From Pseudomonadales bacterium (GTDB lineage Bacteria > Pseudomonadota > Gammaproteobacteria > Pseudomonadales > Azotimanducaceae), in contig OZ242340.1 in the NCBI GenBank assembly GCA_965208525.1, positions 2,711,737-2,775,736 of the forward strand: 64,000 nt of DNA. Reading direction: 5' to 3'. Below the pieces are notes generated by a model. It had not been told where the DNA came from. It saw only the letters and a list, made by a program, of their open reading frames with translations, and made no database searches. Every line of letters begins with the position of its first letter. Position 1 is the first letter of the stretch. Both the position numbers and the translations under genes were made by a program. Shown piece after piece: positions 1-9,020 of the stretch.

Positions 1-239
1 GCGCGTCCGACAGCTTCGATGCTGCCTTCCCGCACCTCGGCGCGATCTGGCTGGACTTGCCCCACGCCGAGCAACAGGCAGACGGCACCTACGGCGTCTT
101 CGTCGCAAACCTCGATGACTCGCTAGGAGGCTGCGCCGTACAGTCAGTTGCAGACTCCCAGCAAGGCGTCAGGGCGATCCGCAAGGTGGCGCGCAGTAGG
201 GTTATTCCGTTGATAAACAATGCATTGAGTCCACACTGA
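1..239 (+). CDS. 3' end of an unidentified gene running in from the window edge (C-terminal fragment)
   Basis: Frame is open from position 3 to a stop at 237-239 (ORF track 57..239 is its tail). No recognisable family from the ~79 aa visible. Confidence 0.3.
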   Translation, partial: ASDSFDAAFPHLGAIWLDLPHAEQQADGTYGVFVANLDDSLGGCAVQSVADSQQGVRAIRKVARSRVIPLINNALSPH

Positions 240-363
240 GCGTGTCGCTGACGCTCCCGGCGTCTCGCCGGAATGCGGCAGGCAGCACAAGGTTTTGTGG
301 GGCATGTTGGATTCCCGTTCGACGTGGGCGTAGACTTCGGCAACCGTTCGCCGGAGTCCGACC

Positions 364-1515
364 ATGCCCCGACTGTGCCGCAACGCCCTCTCCGCCGCAA
401 GGGTCCGAACCGCGCCCCCCGGCAGCCACACCGACGGCAACGGGCTCATGCTGCGCGTCCGCAAGAGCGGATCGAGGCAGTGGATCCAGCGCATCACCAT
501 CCACGGAAGGCGCGTCGACCTCGGACTCGGCGGCGCGGAGCTCGTGAGCCTCGCCGACGCCCGGCGGACGGCGGCGGAGAACCGGGCCATCGCCCGCACC
601 GGCGGGGACCCTCGGCGCAGCCGGGTGCCGACCTTCGCGGCGGCGGAGGCGGCCTGCTTCGAGCAGAGGCGGGAGTGCTGGCGCACCGAGAGTCCGGCGA
701 AGACCTGGCGCATCGCGATGGACCGGCACGTGCTGCCGCGGCTCGGCGGGGTTCCGGTGGACCGGGTGGGCAGCGCGGCGGTGCACGAGGTGCTGCGGCC
801 ACTGGCGGTGTCCGGGAGGCACGCGACGGTGAAGGCGGCGGGGTCGGCGATCACGGCGGTGCTGGAGTGGGCGCGGATCGAGGAGTTCCGGGCGGAGGGC
901 TCGCCGGTGGAGACGGTGCGGCGTGCGCTGCCGCGGCGGGAGTCGGGGCCCAGGCACCACGCGGCGCTGCACTGGTCGGAGGTGGGCGCGGCGCTGGACC
1001 GGATCGACGCGACGCGGTGCGCGGCGTCGACGAAGCGGGCGGTCCGGTTCACGGCGCTGACGGCGGCGCGGCAGGTGGAGGTTCGGCGGGCGACGTGGGA
1101 CCAGCTGGACCTGGACGCGGCGGTGTGGGTGCGGCCGGCGGAGTCGATGAAGGCGGGGCGCGCGCACCGGGTTCCGCTGTCGCGGCAGGCGCTGGCGGTG
1201 CTGGCGGAGGCGCGCGAGGGCGCCCGGGGCGGGGGGCTGGTGTTCCCCGGCTCGCGTCCGGGTTCGATGCTGGGGGACCGGGTGATGACGCAGGCGCTGC
1301 GGAACGCGGGGATCGCGGCGACGGGTCACGGGTTCCGCTCGAGCTTCAAGGACTGGGCGCGGGGTCACGAGGTGGACGAGCTGCTGTCGGAGTTCGCGCT
1401 GGCGCACGTGGAGGGCTCGGCGACGGTGGCGGCGTACGCGCGCGACGACCTGCTGGAGCGGCGGCGGCCCATGATGCAGCGCTGGGCGGACGCGGTCGCT
1501 GTCAATGGCAACTGA
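364..1515 (+). CDS. int: P4-type tyrosine recombinase / phage integrase (Arm DNA-binding N-domain plus catalytic domain)
   Basis: N-terminus '...DGNGLMLRVRKSGSRQWIQRITIHGRRVDLGLG' is the P4-integrase arm-binding signature. C-terminal catalytic residues are present: R (TALTAAR), 'HGFRSSF' (H-x-x-R), 'LAH', and Y in 'AAYARDD'. ATG at 364. Confidence 0.85.
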   Translation: MPRLCRNALSAARVRTAPPGSHTDGNGLMLRVRKSGSRQWIQRITIHGRRVDLGLGGAELVSLADARRTAAENRAIARTGGDPRRSRVPTFAAAEAACFEQRRECWRTESPAKTWRIAMDRHVLPRLGGVPVDRVGSAAVHEVLRPLAVSGRHATVKAAGSAITAVLEWARIEEFRAEGSPVETVRRALPRRESGPRHHAALHWSEVGAALDRIDATRCAASTKRAVRFTALTAARQVEVRRATWDQLDLDAAVWVRPAESMKAGRAHRVPLSRQALAVLAEAREGARGGGLVFPGSRPGSMLGDRVMTQALRNAGIAATGHGFRSSFKDWARGHEVDELLSEFALAHVEGSATVAAYARDDLLERRRPMMQRWADAVAVNGN

Positions 1516-4045
1516 AAACTGCGCGCTTTCGGGGACGTCGTCCGAGCGGTCTTGACCTTCGGACGGTCGGCACGGCGCTGGCGCGCCCTGCCCGAACGTG
1601 TCCCGGCGAACGTTGGCGAACGGGGCGCCGGTCCGTCGAGGACGGCGGCATGGCCAGCGGCGCGACCCGGCGAGTCGGGTCCCAATGGGGCACCGTGCTA
1701 CGCTTCCGAGCGGCCCCCGCCCGATGTCTCAGGCCTCCCGGCTTCCGTGTTTTGAGGCCCGGACAGCCGAAGGGGCCGAGGGCGGGGGCACCGCCCCTGG
1801 TCGGGGCTTCCGCCGGCGCACCCGCAGCCGCAGGAAGGTCGCAATCCCCGGCTGGGGGCACCTCTGCATCCGCTACCATGCGCGCGCCGGCCCGGTCGGG
1901 GAAGGCGGCCTTTCATTTCAGTCGATGGTGTGGCCGGCCGCCCGTCGCGTCCCTTTGGGGGCTTGCGGCGCCCCGCGCCGGGCCTGCTTCCCCTGGTTGC
2001 GGCAAGGAGTGCATCGTGGGCCGGCGAACGTTGCCGAACGGGCGTCGGCGGGGCGGGGTTCGTCGATCCCCTGCGGCGTTGCGGCTTCCCGAGCGGAGCG
2101 GGACGGCGTGGCCGGGAGGGGCCACGGCGGGCCGCGGGACCGGGCAGGATGCGGCGCGGCGTGTGTGCCGCGCCGCGACCGTACCCGGCGCGGGGCGGTG
2201 GCATCCACCGGCCTGCGCCATGCGGCGATGCGGCGCTGGCGCGTGGGGCGCGATCTCGGCGAGACGCCGTGCGACGCCGGAGGCTCGACGCCCTTCCCTC
2301 CGTCACTACCGGACGGCAGCCGGGGCGGATGCCTGCCGCGCGCGGCGGCCGGTAGTGACGGAGGGAAAACGCGGCATTCGGGCCAGTGGCGGCCAGCGAT
2401 TCGGTAAGAAAAAAGCTGATGATGGCGTGGTGAAGCGCCGCTATGATGCGTCCCATCACCCTGTCGCCCTTTGGCGACGTGGCTGGGCAGAGGCCCGGCG
2501 TGATGGCGTCACCGGAATTGAGGTGACGACCCAGTGCCTAGCTGCAACTGCTGCAGCGCAGGCGGTCGACGCATCGCAAGGCACGGCTCGCCACATCCGC
2601 AGTAGCGCGCGGATGGGGGCGATGCCACCGAGACCTGGGGACTGCCGTGGAAGCGCGGAGTCGATCGCGCTGCCGGAGAGTTTGTCCGGCGTTTGGCGGG
2701 AACCCAGGTCACGGCGCGAGGCTTCGCGCGGACGGGGAGCGATCCCTGTCGTTGCAGCCGAAAGGGCGCAGCGTGCGGAGTCTCGGGTGCCGAAAAGGCT
2801 GGCGGGCCTGATGTCGCAAGACACGCCGCGGCTGCCGCAGGAGACGGCAAGGGAAGACGCGTCGACGGACAGTTCCGCACTTCGGTGCGGGGTCTGCATG
2901 CCCTGGCGGGCAGCGGGCCGTCCATCAGAACTAAGCGAAACGACCCGCTCCCGGCCGCGCCCTGCGGCCGCGGGGTGCGGCCAGAGGCGGCAATGCCGCA
3001 CCCATCCCGATCCCCGACGACGAACGGCGCGGCGCCTCGGCGGCCACTGGCGTGTGCCGGCTGCGGCGCACCTCGCCCGGAGCGCCTGTCGCGTGCACGA
3101 GCGCGGCCTGCTTCGGCTCGTTGCCCGCAAGCGCGCGAAGAACGCCACGCTCGTGCGCGTTCTGCGTGGCGGGATGGCCGAAGGACGCGCTCCTGGCGCG
3201 GTTTTCCGGCAGTGGGCGGACTGCCGCCCCTGCGCCACGGCCCCGAAGAGTCGGATCCGCTCGCCGCGGGGGCAGGGAAGGTGGCCGGGGGAGCGGTCGG
3301 CGGGGTGGCGGAGTTCCCGGCGGAAGCACTGCAGAGCGGAGGCGGCCACCTTCCCTGCGGACAGCGTTGGGTCGCGCCGGATCGCGTCAAGGGAGGCTTC
3401 GCCGGCGAGGACGCCGCCCTTGACACGCTGCGGCGCTCCGAACGTGACCCAGCGTCGCCCTGGCCCGCGACCTGCCCGGTCCGGACGCGCACGGGCGTTG
3501 TCTGGTTCGACTCCTCGCCCGCGCGATCCGAAAGGAGGCGTCCCTCGTTGCCTGCGTCGCGGCGGAATCGGCGACGAACGGGCGCGAATCCTCGAAGGCG
3601 GCGCTCCGGACCGCCACGGCGGCCTCGATCGATGCGATGATGTTCGGCGACGAACGGGCGGACCGGGGTCGTCGAACCGTGGGCCGATGCCCGGGGTGCT
3701 GGGTGCTGGGGCCCGAATCGAGAGGTCAGGTCGTGTCGCGCGACGGCGTGGGGAAGCCTGGGGTCGCGCCCGGGAAGGTGTCGTTTGGTGGGGCAGGCTT
3801 TCTGCGAGGACGTGAAAAATGTCGATATTGCGGTGGGTTGCGTGCACTTTGAATGGCTCCGCCGTAGAAAACGGCGCTGGCTCCTAGCCGTAGCTGCGAG
3901 CGTATGCGAACCCGTAGGCCAGCAGTTGCGAAGCAACTGCCGACGCGCTCGTAGAGCACGCTAGCCGAAGAGTGAGCGCAGGCGAGCTGCCCACCCGCCG
4001 TCGGACAGTAGAAGTGCAGAGACGCAGGACCGGAACCGGTAAGCT
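1516..4045. other. 2.5-kb GC-rich segment without a convincing ORF (possible decayed island remnant or non-coding element)
   Basis: All six frames carry long overlapping R/G/A/P-rich ORFs typical of non-coding high-GC DNA. None has a recognisable motif. The segment is dense in CpG and hairpins. Confidence 0.45.
2296..2365. repeat. Perfect 17-bp inverted repeat (ccctccgtcactaccgg / ccggtagtgacggaggg) with a 36-nt spacer that itself contains a 5-bp stem
   Basis: Read directly from sequence. The two arms are exact reverse complements. Confidence 0.8.
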
Positions 4046-4051
4046 TTGCAG

Positions 4052-5128
4052 ATGGCTGGCAACACGTTCGGACAGGCGTTCTCCGTCACCACCTTTGGCG
4101 AGAGCCACGGGCCGGCGCTTGGTGCGGTGGTTGATGGCTGTCCGCCTGGGCTCGCGCTTTGCGAGGCCGATCTGCAACGCGACTTGGATCGCCGCCGTCC
4201 CGGACAGTCGCGCTATACCACGCAGCGGCGGGAACCGGATCAGGTGCGCATCCTCTCTGGCGTCTTCGAGGGCGTCACTACAGGCACCGCGATTGGTCTT
4301 GCCATCGACAACGTGGACCAGCGTTCGCGGGACTACGGCGCCATCGCCGAGCAATTCCGTCCCGGCCACGCCGACTACACCTATCGCACCAAGTTTGGCC
4401 GCCGCGACTATCGCGGCGGTGGCCGTGCATCCGCACGGGAAACGGCGATGCGTGTCGCCGCCGGCGCCATAGCCCGCAAGTACCTTGCGGAACGGGCCGG
4501 AGTCACGGTGCGGGGCCATCTGTCGCAGATCGGCCGACTGCGGCTTGAGCCGGTGGACATGGACGCCGTGGATTCCAACCCCTTCTTCTGCCCCGACCCC
4601 GATGCCATAGACGCCATCGCCGGCATGATTGAGGCGCTGCGCCGAGACGGCGACTCGGTGGGAGCTCAAGTGACCGTGCGGGCGACCAACGTGCCGGTGG
4701 GACTAGGCGAGCCGGTGTTCGGCAAGCTCGATGCAGCACTCGCCGGGGCGCTGATGGGCATCAACGCTGCCAAGGGGGTGGAGATCGGTGCCGGCTTCGC
4801 CGCCGTGGAACAGCGCGGCAGCGAGCACCGGGACGAACGCGACCGAACGGGCTTCCGCAGCAACCACGCGGGCGGCGTGCTCGGTGGCATCTCGTCGGGC
4901 CAGGACATCGTCGCCCGCGTCGCCTTCAAGCCCACGTCGAGCATCACCAAGCCGGGTCGAAGCCTCGACATTCACGGCAACGAGGTGGAGGTGGTGACCA
5001 CGGGTCGTCACGACCCCTGTGTCGGCATCCGCGCCACCCCCATCGTCGAGGCCATGACGGCACTCGTCCTGATGGACCACCTGCTCCGAGATCGCGGCCA
5101 AAACCAGGACGTTGCGCGCGACGGCTAA
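4052..5128 (+). CDS. aroC: Chorismate synthase
   Basis: '[33 protein letters not shown]...RPGHADYTY...' is the canonical AroC N-terminus and motifs. The ORF track starts at TTG 4046; the ATG at 4052 is more likely. Confidence 0.95.
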   Translation: MAGNTFGQAFSVTTFGESHGPALGAVVDGCPPGLALCEADLQRDLDRRRPGQSRYTTQRREPDQVRILSGVFEGVTTGTAIGLAIDNVDQRSRDYGAIAEQFRPGHADYTYRTKFGRRDYRGGGRASARETAMRVAAGAIARKYLAERAGVTVRGHLSQIGRLRLEPVDMDAVDSNPFFCPDPDAIDAIAGMIEALRRDGDSVGAQVTVRATNVPVGLGEPVFGKLDAALAGALMGINAAKGVEIGAGFAAVEQRGSEHRDERDRTGFRSNHAGGVLGGISSGQDIVARVAFKPTSSITKPGRSLDIHGNEVEVVTTGRHDPCVGIRATPIVEAMTALVLMDHLLRDRGQNQDVARDG

Positions 5129-5146
5129 GCGGCAGCACCGCGGCCT

Positions 5147-6952
5147 TTGCCTCTTCCCGCCTTGCCGAGGGACCGTTTGAACATCCGCAACATCGCCATC
5201 GTCGCGCACGTCGATCATGGCAAGACGACGCTCGTGGATCGCTTGCTGCAGCAGACCGACGCCGATCGTCGCCTCGTGGGCCTAGAACGCGCGCTCGACC
5301 AAGGCGAACTCGAACGCGAGCGCGGCATCACCATCCTGGCCAAGACCACCGCCATCGAGTACCAGGGCTGCCGCATCAACATCGTCGACACGCCGGGGCA
5401 TGCCGACTTCGGCGGCGAGGTGGAGCGCATCCTGTCGATGGTGGATTCGGTGCTGCTGCTGGTCGATGCGGTGGAGGGGCCGATGCCCCAGACCCGGTTC
5501 GTCACCGCCAAGGCGTTTGCCGCTGGCCTCAAGCCCATCCTCGTCGTCAACAAGGTTGATCGCGACGGCGCCCAACCTCATGCCGCAGTGGACAAGGTCT
5601 TTGATCTGTTCGACGCCCTCGGCGCCAGCGAAGAGCAGCTCGACTTCCCGGTGATGTTCGCATCGGCGCTGCAGGGTGTCGCCGGCCCCGACCCCGAGCA
5701 GCTCGAACCGGGCATGGCACCGCTGCTTGATTTGATCGTCGGGCGAGTGCCGCCGCCGACCGTGGATGGTGACGGACCGTTTCGGATGCAGGTGAGCACC
5801 CTCGACTACTCGAGCTACGTCGGCGTCATCGCCATCGGCCGCGTGTCCCGTGGCCGCGTGAAGCCCCGCGATCCGGTGAATGTCGTGAATGCCGAGGGAA
5901 ACGTGCGACGGGCGCGGGTGCTTGAGGTGCAGGCAAGCCAGGGGCTCGCTCGGGTGGATCTTCCCACCGCTGTGGCCGGAGACATCGTCGCCTTGAGCGG
6001 CATCGATGACATCGAGGTCTCTGACACCATCTGCGCCGCAGACTCGGTGGACCCGCTGCCGCGCCTGGCCGTGGACGAGCCGACCCTGACGATGACCTTC
6101 GTCGTCAATTCCGGTCCCTTCGCCGGCAAGGAAGGGCGGTTTCTTACGGCCCGTCACCTGCGCGAGCGATTGTTTCGGGAAGCGACACACAACGTCGCGC
6201 TGCGTGTGGCCGATACAGACCAGCCGGATCGATTCCAGGTCTCGGGGCGCGGCGAACTGCATCTGTCGGTGCTGATCGAGACGATGCGACGGGAGGGCTA
6301 CGAGATGGCGGTGACGCAGCCGTCCGTCATCACTCGCGAGGAGGAAGGTCGCACGCTCGAACCCTGGGAGGTAGTGGCCTTCGACATCGACCTCAGCCAT
6401 CAGGGCGCACTCATGGAGACCTTGGGGGAGCGGCGCGGCGAGCTGCTCGACATGGAAGCTGCTGGCGCTGGACGCGTGCGCCTGCGCTACCGCGTCGCCA
6501 GCCGCGCCTTGCTCGGCCTGCGGTCGGAGTTCGCCTCCTTCACCTCCGGCAGCGGCGCGATGACCTTCGCTCCGGACGGCTACCGCCCCAAGGCCATTGG
6601 CGTGCGCGGCGGTCGCAACACAGGCGTCCTCGTCTCCAATGCCACCGGCAAGGCCGTCGCGTATGCCCTGTTCAATCTGCAACGCCGAGGCGAACTCTTC
6701 ATCGGCCCTGGCGACGCGGTCTATGCCGGCATGGTCGTCGGCGCCCACTCCCGCAGCAACGACCTCGTGGTCAATCCGCTGAAGGAAAAGAAGCTCACCA
6801 ACATCCGCGCCGCCGCCAACGACGAGAACATCCTCCTGACGCCGCCGGCGCGGATGTCCCTCGAACAGGCTCTCAACTACATCGCCCGTGACGAACTCGT
6901 GGAGGTAACCCCGGCAGCCATCCGCATCCGCAAGGCAGATGCGGCGCGCTGA
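5147..6952 (+). CDS. typA: Translational GTPase TypA/BipA
   Basis: '[20 protein letters not shown]...[17 protein letters not shown]...' is the G-domain of the EF-G/BipA family at ~600 aa. The true start may be the TTG at ~5177 (MNIRNIAI...). Confidence 0.9.
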   Translation: MPLPALPRDRLNIRNIAIVAHVDHGKTTLVDRLLQQTDADRRLVGLERALDQGELERERGITILAKTTAIEYQGCRINIVDTPGHADFGGEVERILSMVDSVLLLVDAVEGPMPQTRFVTAKAFAAGLKPILVVNKVDRDGAQPHAAVDKVFDLFDALGASEEQLDFPVMFASALQGVAGPDPEQLEPGMAPLLDLIVGRVPPPTVDGDGPFRMQVSTLDYSSYVGVIAIGRVSRGRVKPRDPVNVVNAEGNVRRARVLEVQASQGLARVDLPTAVAGDIVALSGIDDIEVSDTICAADSVDPLPRLAVDEPTLTMTFVVNSGPFAGKEGRFLTARHLRERLFREATHNVALRVADTDQPDRFQVSGRGELHLSVLIETMRREGYEMAVTQPSVITREEEGRTLEPWEVVAFDIDLSHQGALMETLGERRGELLDMEAAGAGRVRLRYRVASRALLGLRSEFASFTSGSGAMTFAPDGYRPKAIGVRGGRNTGVLVSNATGKAVAYALFNLQRRGELFIGPGDAVYAGMVVGAHSRSNDLVVNPLKEKKLTNIRAAANDENILLTPPARMSLEQALNYIARDELVEVTPAAIRIRKADAAR

Positions 6953-6976
6953 CTTTCGGTTGAGGTGGCGGGGTTT

Positions 6977-8086
6977 CTATTCGACGTCGAGCACCGCTCG
7001 CTGCACCCGGCTGAGGCGTTCGAACACCGCCCGATCGAGGAGTGCAGGCACGTCCGTTTGGGTGGGTCGTTCTGCGCGTGTGAAAAACGCGTGCTGTGCC
7101 CGGCGCAGGTCCGGCGAGCAGTTCTGGGTGCCGCTGTGCCACAGGTGGGCGTTGTAGGCGATGCAGCTTCCGGCGACGCCCGTCAGGTGTACTTCGCCGG
7201 GTATCGGCGCCACCAGGTCTCTGGGGCTGCCGTTGACCGCAGAGCCCATCGGGTGTTCGCGCCACCGATGGGAACCTGGCACGACGCGGGTGGGGCCATT
7301 GTCTGCCGTGAAATCGTCGAGCAGCCAGATGGCGTTCACCACTTCGGGGTCGCGCACGCCCCAGCCCCAGTCGGCGTGGATGGCTTGGTGGCCATAGCCG
7401 GGCAGCGGGCAGTGGAAGTTCGTGCTCGAGTAGCGGAAGCGCGGGCCAAGGACGTGCCGCACGGCGGCCAGCAGCTTGGGATGGAAGGAAAACGGATCGA
7501 GCAGCCCATCGTTGTTCAGCGCCTTGATGACCGTGCCGGAGACTCTTGCGATGCCGCGGGTCTGCGACACTTCGTGGCCGGCGACAGCGCCTTCGCCTTC
7601 CACCGCGTTGCCTAGGCGCTGACGCATCGCATCGAGTTGTGCAGTGGTCAGGAGCGGGCCGAGGTTGACGTAGCCGTCCTCGTCGAGCGCCTTGCGTTCG
7701 GCGGCGCTTAAGAGCGGGTTGTTCGCATCGTCGATGCCGAGCTCGCGGCAGGCGGCCTCGATCCGGTCCGGAGGCAGGCGGTTCGCCGCGCCGCCCAGGT
7801 GACGGTTCAACATCTTGCGAGCGGTTTCGAGGGTGGGGGTCTCTGCATTGCAATTGGCCAGCAACTCCCGCCGTTCTGCGTCGGTTGCGCCCGCGCACCA
7901 GATGCGTGTCGCGAGGGCTACCCGCGCTTGGCCCGCGGCACGCAAGGCAGGATCGATCGCTGGCAGACGTGGCGTTCGGAGATCGTTGGGTATACCGGCG
8001 AGGTGTGCGGCCGTTAGGTAGCGGGCGATTTCGACACCGTTCTTTGCCGCCGCGCGCATACCGTTAGCCGATGCCTGCAAGTCCAT
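6977..8086 (-). CDS. Phytanoyl-CoA dioxygenase (PhyH) family Fe(II)/2-oxoglutarate oxygenase with ~120-aa N-terminal extension
   Basis: The PhyH-type core begins at '...ERKALDEDGYVNLGPLLT', with 'HADWGW' and a later 'HLWHSG' His. The N-terminal 120 aa have no recognisable domain. Confidence 0.65.
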   Translation of the reverse strand: MDLQASANGMRAAAKNGVEIARYLTAAHLAGIPNDLRTPRLPAIDPALRAAGQARVALATRIWCAGATDAERRELLANCNAETPTLETARKMLNRHLGGAANRLPPDRIEAACRELGIDDANNPLLSAAERKALDEDGYVNLGPLLTTAQLDAMRQRLGNAVEGEGAVAGHEVSQTRGIARVSGTVIKALNNDGLLDPFSFHPKLLAAVRHVLGPRFRYSSTNFHCPLPGYGHQAIHADWGWGVRDPEVVNAIWLLDDFTADNGPTRVVPGSHRWREHPMGSAVNGSPRDLVAPIPGEVHLTGVAGSCIAYNAHLWHSGTQNCSPDLRRAQHAFFTRAERPTQTDVPALLDRAVFERLSRVQRAVLDVE

Positions 8087-8186
8087 GCCGGGTGCTGTTC
8101 CTAGCCTTCAGTGTGTGGAGCATTGTGCCCCAAGGAGCTTGCGCGCGTGTCCGCGTCGAGTCGAGGGCGCGTGGCAGAATGCCGGG

Positions 8187-9020
8187 ATGGTAGTTGGACC
8201 TCTTCGCAGCCTCGACGCGGCCCACGCGTCGCCCATAAGCTACTCATTGCACGTCGGCGACGAAATCGTGCGGCTGAGCGAGCGCATCGGTGGAGGGCTC
8301 AGGGTGGCGTTCGCTGGCAAGCACGAATGCAGGCATTGCGGGGAGCAAACGGATCGAGGTTTCGGGCGTGGCTTTTGCTATCGGTGCTTCAAGCGCCTCG
8401 CTCGTTGCGACCTGTGCATCGTCTCGCCAGCGCGGTGCCATCACCATCTCGGCACTTGTCGGGAGCCGGATTGGGGCGAGGCGAACTGCATGGTGCCGCA
8501 CACCGTGTATCTCGCGGATTCTGGGGGCCTCAAGGTCGGGCTGACGCGCCATGCGGACGGAATCCCGCGCTGGATCGAGCAGGGCGCTCGCGCCGGCATT
8601 GTCATTGCCCGCGCGCCGACGCGTCGCGTTGCGGGAGAGTTGGAGGCAGCCATCGCCGAGGTCGTGCCGGACAAGAGCGATTGGCGGCGGCAGGTGCTCG
8701 GACACAGCGTCGTCGAATCGCTTGCCGACGAGGCGCATCGCATCGGTCGCCTCGTCGGCGAGGATGCGGCGGGCGGGCTTGGCGCGACTTGGGAGGTCGG
8801 TGAGGCGGTGACGCTGCACTACCCGATCCAGCGTCCGCTGCGTCGCCCCGTGCGCCTGAAGCTCCGCCAGGACTCGCCGCTCGAGGGGCGCCTGATTGGC
8901 ATCGTCGGCAGCTTCGTGCTGTTCGACTACGGCGCGTGGAACGTCGCCGAAGACATCGGCACTCACATCACCATTGACGACGTCGCCAACGTGGCCGACA
9001 AACAAGGAGAGCTGTTTTGA
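8187..9020 (+). CDS. DUF2797-family Cys-rich protein (conserved upstream partner of pepN)
   Basis: Cys cluster 'CRHCG...CYRCFKRLARCDLC...C' followed by 'TVYLADSGGLKVGLTRH'. The ORF track starts at 8085; the internal ATG at 8187 (MVVGPLRS) avoids overlap with the divergent neighbour. Stop overlaps the pepN start (ATGA-type coupling). Confidence 0.6.
   Translation: MVVGPLRSLDAAHASPISYSLHVGDEIVRLSERIGGGLRVAFAGKHECRHCGEQTDRGFGRGFCYRCFKRLARCDLCIVSPARCHHHLGTCREPDWGEANCMVPHTVYLADSGGLKVGLTRHADGIPRWIEQGARAGIVIARAPTRRVAGELEAAIAEVVPDKSDWRRQVLGHSVVESLADEAHRIGRLVGEDAAGGLGATWEVGEAVTLHYPIQRPLRRPVRLKLRQDSPLEGRLIGIVGSFVLFDYGAWNVAEDIGTHITIDDVANVADKQGELF

Noticed and set aside
1-364. tRNA or att site immediately upstream of the P4-type integrase
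   Set aside because: The 363 bp upstream are the open 3' end of a protein-coding frame with no cloverleaf-like sequence. The only tRNA in the window (tRNA-Cys at 54591) is 53 kb away. No convincing flanking direct repeats were found by eye.
273-3815. 1180-aa ORF spanning the integrase and the downstream segment
   Set aside because: Gly/Arg/Ala-rich low-complexity translation with no motifs. It is out of frame with the clearly recognisable integrase. Long stop-free frames are expected by chance at ~70% GC.
1598-3936. Several 250-475-aa ORFs on both strands (1598..2407, 1698..2459, 2456..3847, 2509..3936, 2693..3640)
   Set aside because: They mutually overlap in different frames. They are R/P/A/G-rich and lack any recognisable domain. 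Two of them read near-mirror peptides because of a DNA palindrome.
1516-4045. Prophage remnant with structural phage genes
   Set aside because: No capsid, terminase, portal or repressor-like ORFs are present, and GC content is higher, not lower, than the surrounding chromosome. Only a decayed or cargo-less island remains plausible.
3884-5218. Antisense ORFs overlapping aroC (3884..4669 -, 4703..5218 -) and similar shadows of typA, pepN, the carboxylases, uvrC and iorB
   Set aside because: Standard high-GC antisense shadow ORFs. The sense-strand products are unambiguous conserved enzymes.
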